Origin: Nitrososphaerales archaeon
GTDB lineage: Archaea > Thermoproteota > Nitrososphaeria > Nitrososphaerales > Gagatemarchaeaceae
DNA: 64,000 bases
Reading direction: 5' to 3'
NCBI GenBank assembly: GCA_035622335.1
Contig: DASPVO010000004.1
Location: 1,657 to 65,656, forward strand
Shown: in pieces, positions 45,192 to 53,016 of the stretch
Layout: each line of letters begins with the position of its first letter
Numbering within the stretch: the stretch's first letter is position 1
Program-made: the position numbers and the translations under genes
The notes under the pieces: model-generated
What the model saw: only the letters and a program-made list of their open reading frames with translations
Databases searched by the model: none
Told to the model about the DNA's origin: nothing

Positions 45192-45884
45192 ATGACGAGG
45201 CGCTTGTTCTGGGAGGATGCCTATACGAAGGAGTTCGATGCGAGGGTCATTTCGGTGGGCGACGACAGGGTCGTCTTGGACCAGACGGCCTTCAACCCGA
45301 GGGGTGGGGGGCTCGTCTCCGACACGGGAACACTGGCCGATGCAGCGGTGCGAGAAGTAGTGAAGGAAGGAGACGAGATTTTCCACCTTGTTGCTGGCGG
45401 TAGCTTCAAACCTGGAGACGTGGTCCATGGTAAGTTAGACTGGGAAAGGAGGTATCGGATAATGCGGATGCACACCTCGGCACACATCATCAGCGCAATC
45501 GTCAACGGACTCTCAGGGGCGATGATAACCGGGAATCAGATAGCTCCGGACGAATCGAGGGTCGACTTCAACCTCGAGCCCTTCGACAAGGATGTAGTCT
45601 CAGGATACATCGACAAAGTCAATGCCGAAGCAGAGCGCGGACTGGATGTCCGCAGCTACTTCATGAAGCGCGATGAGGCGCTTAGAATGCCTGGCATGGT
45701 CAAGCTCGCGAACGCAGCTCCACCCTCGGTGGAGACCCTGAGGATAGTCGAAATAGGAGACGTGGACACGCAGGCCGACGGGGGAGTTCACGTGAAGAAC
45801 ACGAGGGAGATCGGAACGGTCTCGGTCGTGAGGACGGAGAACAAGGGCAAGAGCAACAGAAGACTCTATTTCACGGTGGGTTGA
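45192..45884 (+). CDS. alaX: alanyl-tRNA editing protein AlaX (AlaX-M type)
   Basis: FWEDAYTKEFDARV...DQTAFNPRGGG, MRMHTSAHIIS and GGVHV zinc/editing motifs. Confidence 0.85.
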   Translation: MTRRLFWEDAYTKEFDARVISVGDDRVVLDQTAFNPRGGGLVSDTGTLADAAVREVVKEGDEIFHLVAGGSFKPGDVVHGKLDWERRYRIMRMHTSAHIISAIVNGLSGAMITGNQIAPDESRVDFNLEPFDKDVVSGYIDKVNAEAERGLDVRSYFMKRDEALRMPGMVKLANAAPPSVETLRIVEIGDVDTQADGGVHVKNTREIGTVSVVRTENKGKSNRRLYFTVG

Positions 45885-45887
45885 GGT

Positions 45888-46064
45888 CTATCTTCGCCTG
45901 GCGACCCATACCGGCATGCGCTTCGCTGTGCAGTTTCCGCAGAAGGACTTCATCGCTCGCGTGCCTTCGTCGAAGATGGTCGTGCTGTGCGACATGCAAA
46001 CCTGGATACCACAGTCCGCACACGTGGCGACGGCGTGTCCCTTGCATACCGAGCATCTTGCCAT
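45888..46064 (-). CDS. candidate 58-aa zinc-finger micro-protein
   Basis: Hand translation: MARCSVCKGHAVATCADCGIQVCMSHSTTIFDEGTRAMKSFCGNCTAKRMPVWVARRR, with three CxxC pairs plus C/H. AT-rich AATAAA lies before the ATG. Below the ORF cutoff. The listed 61-aa ORF is in another frame. Confidence 0.45.
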   Translation of the reverse strand: MARCSVCKGHAVATCADCGIQVCMSHSTTIFDEGTRAMKSFCGNCTAKRMPVWVARRR

Positions 46065-46191
46065 TTTATTCGACTCTTATTTGGCCAAACGGACGGTCAA
46101 GCTGCCTTTGAACCCAGCAAGATTTCAGTGGCTGCTAACCGGACCAGATTGGGTGCCATTGGTAGGTTGCAGTAGTTAATAAAGTCGTGCG

Positions 46192-46512
46192 TCACAATGG
46201 AAGTTTGACCACACCGATGTATTCGACGAGCCCGCGAGTCCTTAGCTCCGCTGCGTAGCCGCTTGCGGTCGCCTCGGAGAACCACGCTGACACGGCTTTT
46301 GAATTGCCATCTGCGTCGCAAATCACCAGCGCAGCTGTGCCGTCTCCTCGCCTGAGCGTGGAGAACAGTTGCTCGTCGCCGACAGGAGTCCAGTCTGCGA
46401 GGCCGGTCTTGAGGAAGAGCATGGGGTAGCAAGGACCTGCAATGGCCTGAAGGGTCTCCACCGAGACCTTCACCCTAGACTTTCCCTTCTGGACAGCCGT
46501 GAAGTAATCCAT
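46192..46512 (-). CDS. hypothetical protein
   Basis: 106-aa ORF with genome-typical codon bias. No motif recognised. Confidence 0.4.
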   Translation of the reverse strand: MDYFTAVQKGKSRVKVSVETLQAIAGPCYPMLFLKTGLADWTPVGDEQLFSTLRRGDGTAALVICDADGNSKAVSAWFSEATASGYAAELRTRGLVEYIGVVKLPL

Positions 46513-46624
46513 CCTTCAGAGAATCAACGAGAACGCTGCCTCGCCGTGGCTCTTCAGACCGATTCTGTGTCACCGCCAATTGCTTTGCCAAGCCTTCTTA
46601 AGCACTTTTTGCCCTGCGTCGACG

Positions 46625-47632
46625 TTGAAGATAGACGCCGAGTTCGCCCTCGGTGACCCTAGTGATGTTCCGGCACTTGCGAAGAGGGCCGAAGACATCG
46701 GCTTTGACGCCTTCTGGGTAAACGAGACCAAGCACGACCCGTTCATCGAACTGGCCCTAGCTGCACAGAGCACGCGCAGGATTTCGATAGGCTCCTCAAT
46801 CGCCCTTGCGTTCACTAGGAGCCCCATGGAGCTGGCCTATTCGGCTTGGGACATCCAGGGACTCAGCAACGGAAGGATGATCCTCGGGCTTGGTACCCAG
46901 GTGAAGGGCCACATAGAGAGGCGGTTCGGGTTGAAGTGGGAGTCCCCTAGGAGGAAGATGAGGGAGGTCGTGCTGGCTCTGAAATCTATCTGGAACACGT
47001 GGCAGACTGGCGAGAGGCTCGACTTCAAGGGAAGGTTCTACAACCTGGACCTGATGACTCCCTTCTTCAGCCCGGGACGGATATCGAACCCTAGAATTCC
47101 TGTCTACATAGCGGGAGTCAACAGGGGAATGTGCACCCTGGCCGGCGAGGTGGGAGACGGTCTGCACGTTCACCCCCTCCACACCGTCCGATACCTGAGA
47201 GAGGAAGTCTTACCTTCTCTGGAGCGGGGATTAAAGTCCAGCGGCAGAGAAAGAGACGATTTTGAGGTTGCAGCGTCCGTCTTTGCGGCGCCGGGGCGGG
47301 ACCGCGCCGAGTCGTCACGGCTCCGAGAGGAGCTCAGGGGGCAGATAGCATTCTACGCTTCGACGAGGACGTACAGACAAGTCATGGACCTCCATGCTTG
47401 GGGCGAAACAGCAGATAGGCTCCACGAACTCTCGATGGCGGGGAGATGGGAGGAGATGGGCAGGGAGGTGAACGACGAGATGCTGAGCGAGTTCGTGGTC
47501 GATGGGAGGTGGGAGGAAATTGGCAGCAGGATACGCGAAAGGTACTCGGGAATTGCGGACAGGGTTAGGCTCTACGTCCCGTTTGACGGCAATGAGGGCT
47601 GGGGGAAGGTCGTGACGGGATTTCACGACTGA
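46625..47632 (+). CDS. luciferase-like (LLM class) F420-dependent oxidoreductase
   Basis: AEDIGFDAFWVNETKHDPF...GRMILGLGTQVKGHIERRFG. Start placed at TTG 46625 (MKIDAEF...). Confidence 0.8.
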   Translation: MKIDAEFALGDPSDVPALAKRAEDIGFDAFWVNETKHDPFIELALAAQSTRRISIGSSIALAFTRSPMELAYSAWDIQGLSNGRMILGLGTQVKGHIERRFGLKWESPRRKMREVVLALKSIWNTWQTGERLDFKGRFYNLDLMTPFFSPGRISNPRIPVYIAGVNRGMCTLAGEVGDGLHVHPLHTVRYLREEVLPSLERGLKSSGRERDDFEVAASVFAAPGRDRAESSRLREELRGQIAFYASTRTYRQVMDLHAWGETADRLHELSMAGRWEEMGREVNDEMLSEFVVDGRWEEIGSRIRERYSGIADRVRLYVPFDGNEGWGKVVTGFHD

Positions 47633-48195
47633 ACGGGCTTGAGCCGGAGAGGGTCACCATACCTCTCCGAGAATGCTATTTCTTCGAGGGGTTTTCTGTT
47701 CTTTCGCCCCAATATCTTTCTGCTGGGGTATCCGAATGCGACCACCATTACGAGCCTCAGGTCCTCAGGGATCTTGAAATCTCTTGACATCGCCTCCTTG
47801 TTGAAGCCGGTGTAGACCCCGGACGCGACGCCGTAGTTCCATGCTGCGAGTTGCATGTCCTGAACCACTCTCCCGATGTCAAGAAGATGGATGGAGAGTC
47901 TCGGGTCGGTAAGGACTAGGACGGCGAAGTTGGACGCGCTTACCCAGGGCCCGGTGACCGAGTCCTCAGAGAGAGTCTCGAGGTTTTTCTTGTTCTCGAC
48001 CACCACAAACCTCCAGTGCTGAGTGTTCATGCTGCTCTGCGTGAGTCGAGCGGCCTCCAGAATCTTAGCCTTCACCGAGTCGGGGACCGGCTTTTCTGCG
48101 AACTCCCTGACCTCCAGTTTCGAAGATATGCATTCGTACGCGTCCATAGCCTCACGCGGACAGGCTTCGCGATAAGACTTTCCTGAGTTGGGCAA
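47623..48195 (-). CDS. nitroreductase-family flavoprotein
   Basis: ILEAARLTQSSMNTQHWRFVVV...VAFGYP. Confidence 0.8.
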   Translation of the reverse strand: MPNSGKSYREACPREAMDAYECISSKLEVREFAEKPVPDSVKAKILEAARLTQSSMNTQHWRFVVVENKKNLETLSEDSVTGPWVSASNFAVLVLTDPRLSIHLLDIGRVVQDMQLAAWNYGVASGVYTGFNKEAMSRDFKIPEDLRLVMVVAFGYPSRKILGRKNRKPLEEIAFSERYGDPLRLKPVQS

Positions 48196-48228
48196 AATTT
48201 ATAGACGCGCCCAACGAAAAAACGCGAG

Positions 48229-48561
48229 ATGGCATCAGAGCAGGTTGACGTGAGGGAGATACAGAGGCAGGTCTCGAAGATTGTCGACCCAGAGATAGGC
48301 ATGCCTATCGTGGAGATGAACCTCATCGACAAGCTCGAAGTCAAGGAAGGGAAGGTTGACGTCGAGTACCATGCCACAACTCAGTACTGCCCGCCGGTGT
48401 TCGCGCTCAAGATTTCCCAAGACCTGAGGGACAACATAATGCACGTGAACGGCGTCAAGGAGGTCAAGGTCATCGTCACTGGACACTACTTCGCCGATGC
48501 AATCAACAGACAAGTCAACAAGGCCCCGCAGCCGCCGCAGGGCTCCCCGGTTCAATCCTAG
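48229..48561 (+). CDS. DUF59/MIP18-family Fe-S assembly protein (SufT-like)
   Basis: VSKIVDPEIGMPIVEMNLI...TTQYCPPVFAL. Confidence 0.8.
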   Translation: MASEQVDVREIQRQVSKIVDPEIGMPIVEMNLIDKLEVKEGKVDVEYHATTQYCPPVFALKISQDLRDNIMHVNGVKEVKVIVTGHYFADAINRQVNKAPQPPQGSPVQS

Positions 48562-49178
48562 GCCAGCGTAAGCGCCGCAGAGACGGCTCCCAATCCTGCT
48601 GCGATCTCATCGCCCGCACCGCTCACTATTACCACATCATCGTTTCGCGGGTGTAGCTCCTCCCTGAGCCTCTTCCAAATGGCGCCGGGGAAGTCCCTCT
48701 CGCAGTCCTTCGATCCGTTCGGGACTGTGAACTTGGAGTCTCTGAATACGTACGTGATCGCGCCCGAGGCTCCCACCCTCACCGCAGAATCCCTCTGCTC
48801 GATTCCATGGTTGACACGCGCAGAAGCTCCCCTAACTCCAATCGCTGACTGGAACTTCCCCAACGCGAGCTGAGAGCCTTCCACGTCTACAGTGGCGGTG
48901 ACCCTGCTCGCCAATCTTCGGTATTCTGCTCTCCCCTTTCCAGTGAGCGAGCACCCAGCAGCGATCACCCTCACCAATCCCTCCTCCCTGAGTTTCTTCA
49001 CCACTGTCCGGACTGAGCCGCCACCCAAGCCTGCTCGCTCAGCCAGCGCCTGTCTGCCTATCGTCCCGCTCTGTCCTATGATCATGAAGGCCAAGACGAA
49101 GTGCGCAGGAGAGAAGCTGGGAGATGGCCCCTGCTCGCGGGCGGCGGAGATGCGAATAAGACCGGCGGCTTCCGACAA
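48558..49178 (-). CDS. wHTH-domain putative regulator with an uncharacterised C-terminal domain
   Basis: GTIGRQALAERAGLGGGSVRTVVKKLREEGLV is a winged-helix segment. Divergent from the membrane / DUF4430 pair. Confidence 0.55.
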   Translation of the reverse strand: MSEAAGLIRISAAREQGPSPSFSPAHFVLAFMIIGQSGTIGRQALAERAGLGGGSVRTVVKKLREEGLVRVIAAGCSLTGKGRAEYRRLASRVTATVDVEGSQLALGKFQSAIGVRGASARVNHGIEQRDSAVRVGASGAITYVFRDSKFTVPNGSKDCERDFPGAIWKRLREELHPRNDDVVIVSGAGDEIAAGLGAVSAALTLA

Positions 49179-49217
49179 CGGCTCGGGAAACGGAGTCGTC
49201 GTATAACTGAGTTCCGC

Positions 49218-49817
49218 ATGCAGGGAACACGCAGGAGGCTTTTATACTGGATGGTTTATCCAGCCTGCGTGAAAGGGACGAAGTCTCTGTCGCTCATCAT
49301 CAGCTTCACGGCCATCATAGTCGGCTCAGACTTCGCTCTGGCGGGAGCCCTCGATGTCAAGCTCATGGATTCAATGGTCTTTCTGGCAGCGTTTCTCTTT
49401 GGCTTCAGGGCAGGCGCGGCCATCGGGATCCTCTCAGAGGCAATTTGGAGCTTCGTGAGTCCGTGGGGCGTCGCGGGTGCAATCGCGCCTTTTCTCATTG
49501 CGGGAGAGCTTCTCTTCGCCGCCGCGGGCTGGGCCGCCTCGAGAGTCTGGGGTACGGAGGTCAGACAAGGATCGGTCAAGGCTCTCTTCATAGGCGCGAC
49601 GATGTGCATCTGCGCCTTCTTCTGGGACTTCGAGACCAACGCCGCCACGGCTCTTCTCGGTTACTGGCCTCACCTGACGGTGAGCGAGCTGGTGCTGACA
49701 GAGGTCGCTGGGGCGATGTTCTTTCTGTCGCACGACGTTTCAGACTTCCTTCTCGGTCTGTTCTTCATACCCGCCGCGATCCCTTTGGTCATCAAAGCCT
49801 ACAGATGGAGAGCTTAG
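49218..49817 (+). CDS. polytopic membrane protein resembling ECF-transporter S components
   Basis: About 6 TM helices rich in small residues (FLFGFRAGAAIGILSEAIW...). Start at ATG 49218; the upstream part of the ORF is Arg/Gly-rich and non-membrane. Confidence 0.5.
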   Translation: MQGTRRRLLYWMVYPACVKGTKSLSLIISFTAIIVGSDFALAGALDVKLMDSMVFLAAFLFGFRAGAAIGILSEAIWSFVSPWGVAGAIAPFLIAGELLFAAAGWAASRVWGTEVRQGSVKALFIGATMCICAFFWDFETNAATALLGYWPHLTVSELVLTEVAGAMFFLSHDVSDFLLGLFFIPAAIPLVIKAYRWRA

Positions 49818-50503
49818 ATTTGGTCTCTCGAGGAAATTTCATTGGGATAGCCGCTGTCCTCGTCGCACTGCTTCTAGTCGTCTCCATCCTAGCGGGCTTC
49901 TATTACATCAAGGCAGGGGAGGAGGAGACCGATAGCTCGGACTACGCGAGCGAACTCAGCACCGCTCTTGCTTCGAACACCGTCGCCGCGGGCGGCTTGG
50001 CTGCTTCGCTGAGTCAAGAAAATTCGACGCTCGTGTTGCTGGGGGAGACAGTCTCCGGACTCAATACGAGCTCTTCGGCTTACAAGAACGCGAGCGCACA
50101 GCTTCCAGTTCTCTGGAAGGACTACCTGTCGCTGGCAAAGGAGGAAAAGAGCGTAGTCGAAACGTACTCTGTTCGCATGCTGCTCGTGTATGGCAACGGC
50201 ACAAAGGCATGGTACAACGACACTGTCGTGCAGCCGGGTTGGAACCTCTATGTGTCAACTCTGGTTCTTCTAGGCGGTCGAGTCAACTCTACCTGGTACC
50301 CCGCCTACTCGGAACACTACGTCACAGGGCTCAACGGAGTTCAGGGGAACTCTACAGCTTCATGGTTCCTATGGCAGTTCTCGACAGGAGCCTGGCAGTT
50401 GGCGGAAAGCGGGGCCGATGGGATTCAGGCTGTCAATGGGACCGTCTACGCATGGACACTGTGTGGTTACAACCAGAACTACACCCCGACGTGCAGTCTG
50501 TAG
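49805..50503 (+). CDS. membrane-anchored extracellular protein with DUF4430-like C-terminus; many N-glycosylation sequons
   Basis: Starting at ATG 49805 gives a TM anchor (IGIAAVLVALLLVVSILAGFYY). Multiple NxS/T sequons (NST, NTS, NAS, NGT, NDT...). C-terminus TASWFLWQFSTGAWQLAESGADGIQAVNGTVYAWTL. The first 120 codons of the listed 352-aa ORF overlap the previous gene and are rejected. Confidence 0.6.
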   Translation: MESLDLVSRGNFIGIAAVLVALLLVVSILAGFYYIKAGEEETDSSDYASELSTALASNTVAAGGLAASLSQENSTLVLLGETVSGLNTSSSAYKNASAQLPVLWKDYLSLAKEEKSVVETYSVRMLLVYGNGTKAWYNDTVVQPGWNLYVSTLVLLGGRVNSTWYPAYSEHYVTGLNGVQGNSTASWFLWQFSTGAWQLAESGADGIQAVNGTVYAWTLCGYNQNYTPTCSL

Positions 50504-50726
50504 ATAGCGCTAGTCGCGTCGCGCCTAATACAATCCCTCAGCCGCGACCGTGACTCAGCAGAGGATGGCGGGCTTCGGCCCGTTGAAGCGAGTCGCTTTA
50601 GGGCCGTTTATCGCGATATGTCGAGACCTTCGGTACATAGTGTCGTAGTCTTCAGTGATGGACTTGAAGGGCGAAATCAATGAAACATGACCCAAGACTC
50701 AAAGAAGCAAACGCGAACTTCGACAA

Positions 50727-51926
50727 GTGTTTAAATCGCGCGTGCGCGACAAGGGCCAGTTGAAACAGTCAGTATCGACTCTAGACTTCGAGTCCTATGA
50801 CATAGGCAGCACCCACGGCTTCTTGCCGGAAGAAGAGCCGACGAGCACATTCGGGGACTCGGCCAGCGCCAATCTCAAGTCTCTGGAAGAGTTGGGCAAA
50901 GAGATACCAGAGTTGCTCGAAGAGCACAAGCTTAGGCGTACGGTCGACAAGATGAAGCTGATCCCATCGGGAGCGTTCGAGATGCTTTCGAGGGGTGAAG
51001 TCGTGATGGCGACGAGAATCTACGCCTTCCTCGCGAGCGCGTATGTTCATCAGTTGGAGGAACCGCCCGTGAGAAAGCTGCCGCGCGCTCTGGCTGTCCC
51101 TTTCAGTGGCCTGAGCAAGCGAATAGGAAGAAACTTTCCGATCCTATCTTACGACCTCTACGCACTCAACAACTGGCGAAGACTGGACAAGAACGGTCCG
51201 ATCGCGCTCGAGAACATGGACACCATCCAGAAATTTGTGACGCTGAAGGATGAGCCCTGGTTCGTGCTGGTGCACGTGGAAATGGAGGCCGAAGCCGCCC
51301 CGGCAATCACTTCAATCGGGAGACTGCAGCAAGCGGTCCTGAGGGACGACCAAGAGTCTGCTAGGTTTGCGCTCGAGACGATAGCAGAATCAATCAAGAG
51401 GACGATCAAGACCCTGAATAGGATGCCCGAGGGCAACGACCCAAACCTGTACGCCTTCACCTTCCGGCCTTACATCGGCATGTTCGAGAAGGTGACCTAC
51501 GAGGGCGTCGAGAACCTGGGCAAGTCTCCAACCTTCAGGGGAGAGACCGGCGCCCAAAGTTCCATAATCCCTTCTCTGGACCTCGCTCTTGGGATACGCC
51601 ACCAGAAGACCGGACTAACAGACTATGTGGCGGAGATGACGAACTACATGCCTGGTGCCCATCGAGAGTTCATAGAAGAGGTGAGGAAGAACGAGACCGC
51701 TCGCCCCGTCCGGGAATACATCAGGGACGAGGGGAAGCCGAGCACCGTCAAGAGGTACAACGAGTGCATCGAAACGATAATTGAGTTCAGGCAGAAGCAC
51801 CTCGAATTCGCAGTGAACTACATCTTCACGAAGGTGAAGGACAGTCACGGAACGGGAGGCACACCCTTCATGAAGTGGCTCGCTCAGCTAAGAGACGAGA
51901 CGAAAGAGCAAATACTTCCTACCTGA
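50727..51926 (+). CDS. indoleamine 2,3-dioxygenase (IDO) family heme dioxygenase homologue
   Basis: It aligns by eye along the whole length with human IDO1 as I remember it: YDIGSTHGFLP, RIYAFLASAYVH, LPRALAVPF, FRPYIGMF, FRGETGAQSSIIPSLDLALGI, YMPGAHREFIEEV, FRQKHLEFAVNYI, GTGGTPFMKWL. Confidence 0.8.
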   Translation: MFKSRVRDKGQLKQSVSTLDFESYDIGSTHGFLPEEEPTSTFGDSASANLKSLEELGKEIPELLEEHKLRRTVDKMKLIPSGAFEMLSRGEVVMATRIYAFLASAYVHQLEEPPVRKLPRALAVPFSGLSKRIGRNFPILSYDLYALNNWRRLDKNGPIALENMDTIQKFVTLKDEPWFVLVHVEMEAEAAPAITSIGRLQQAVLRDDQESARFALETIAESIKRTIKTLNRMPEGNDPNLYAFTFRPYIGMFEKVTYEGVENLGKSPTFRGETGAQSSIIPSLDLALGIRHQKTGLTDYVAEMTNYMPGAHREFIEEVRKNETARPVREYIRDEGKPSTVKRYNECIETIIEFRQKHLEFAVNYIFTKVKDSHGTGGTPFMKWLAQLRDETKEQILPT

Positions 51927-51943
51927 GATCCGAGGACGGGGAA

Positions 51944-52354
51944 TTGGACACCGAGGCCGAACGCTTCAAGGCTGCGGTCGTCGCTTCGATACTCGACTCA
52001 AAGACGGAAGATGCGATAGAGATGCTGTCCCGCCACTACCGCGTGAAGAAGCCGAGGCTGGGCGTTGGCGTCTTCGAAGGCAGGACGAAGGGTGTGGGAG
52101 CGGTCTACTCTGTGCAGCGGCGCGAGATAAGAGCCGCCAACAGGGAGTTCTACTACAACCCCTTTGTGATCATCCACGAGTTCTATCATCACCTGAGGTC
52201 TTCAAGCGGGAAGCACAGAGGGACAGAGAAGGACGCCGACAGGTTCGCGATCGACTTCATAGAGGCTTACAAAAGGGTGGCTCGAGGTTACTTGGCGGGA
52301 GAAGCTGGTCACAGGCCCACTGCGGACCACACGTCATCGTCGTTGTCTAGCTGA
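51944..52354 (+). CDS. small HExxH-motif protein (putative mini zinc-metallopeptidase)
   Basis: NPFVIIHEFYHHLRS contains HEFYH. Start guessed at TTG 51944, just after the IDO stop. The maximal ORF from 51875 overlaps IDO. Confidence 0.45.
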   Translation: MDTEAERFKAAVVASILDSKTEDAIEMLSRHYRVKKPRLGVGVFEGRTKGVGAVYSVQRREIRAANREFYYNPFVIIHEFYHHLRSSSGKHRGTEKDADRFAIDFIEAYKRVARGYLAGEAGHRPTADHTSSSLSS

Positions 52355-52467
52355 GTGTAGCCGCACCGGTCGCACTTGCTCCCCACTATGGTGACGGTTC
52401 TCTCCCCTGAACCGACCTTTCGCTCGTACTTCACCATCATCCCCGCGTGGCACTTGTCGCAAATCAA
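52309..52467 (-). CDS. candidate 52-aa zinc-ribbon micro-protein
   Basis: Hand translation from TTG: (M)ICDKCHAGMMVKYERKVGSGERTVTIVGSKCDRCGYTQLDNDDDVWSAVGL. Two CxxC knuckles. Overlaps the 3' end of the previous gene by 46 nt. Confidence 0.35.
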   Translation of the reverse strand: MICDKCHAGMMVKYERKVGSGERTVTIVGSKCDRCGYTQLDNDDDVWSAVGL

Positions 52468-52540
52468 CTACAACGACTCCCGCCTACCGTTCCCCGGACT
52501 CTGAGAAAGCTTTTCAGATTGCAGAACACCCTGTGACAAG

Positions 52541-52999
52541 ATGGAGTTCGGAAGGAGGATAGTCAACTCCTCGAGCGTGCCGTCAGAGAGGTGCGTCTTC
52601 TGCAAGATAGTCCAGGGAAAAGAGCCCGGGAACGTGGTCTTCGAGGACGACAGCTACATCGCGTTTCTTGACATAGCTCCTTTCTCCAGAGGTCACACTC
52701 TGGTCTGTCCAAAGAAGCACGGCGAGACGATCTGGGAGATGGACGAGTCTGAGATAGGCGGACTCTTCAGCACGGCAGCGAGAATCTCGAAGGCGGTTGT
52801 CGCAGCGGTGGAAGCCGACGGCTTCAGGTTCGTGCAGAACAACGGGGAGGCTGCAAATCAGGTCGTTTCGCACGTCCACGTTCACGTCATTCCTGTGAAG
52901 ATGGCCGACAAGGGGAGGTTCACAGGCCGTAAGTCCTTTACTCAAGAGGAGCTTCGTGAGACCGCCGAGACGATAAAGGACGCCCTCCGCGGGAGCTGA
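52541..52999 (+). CDS. HIT-family (histidine triad) nucleotide hydrolase
   Basis: CVFCKIVQGKEP...AFLDIAPFSRGHTLV...VSHVHVHVIP. Confidence 0.88.
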   Translation: MEFGRRIVNSSSVPSERCVFCKIVQGKEPGNVVFEDDSYIAFLDIAPFSRGHTLVCPKKHGETIWEMDESEIGGLFSTAARISKAVVAAVEADGFRFVQNNGEAANQVVSHVHVHVIPVKMADKGRFTGRKSFTQEELRETAETIKDALRGS

Positions 53000-53016
53000 A
53001 TCTTCTGGATCCCGGA

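Noticed and set aside
49445-49804. N-terminal 120 codons of the listed 352-aa ORF
   Set aside because: They overlap the membrane-protein gene in another frame and are Arg/Gly-rich. A start at ATG 49805 gives a sensible TM anchor.
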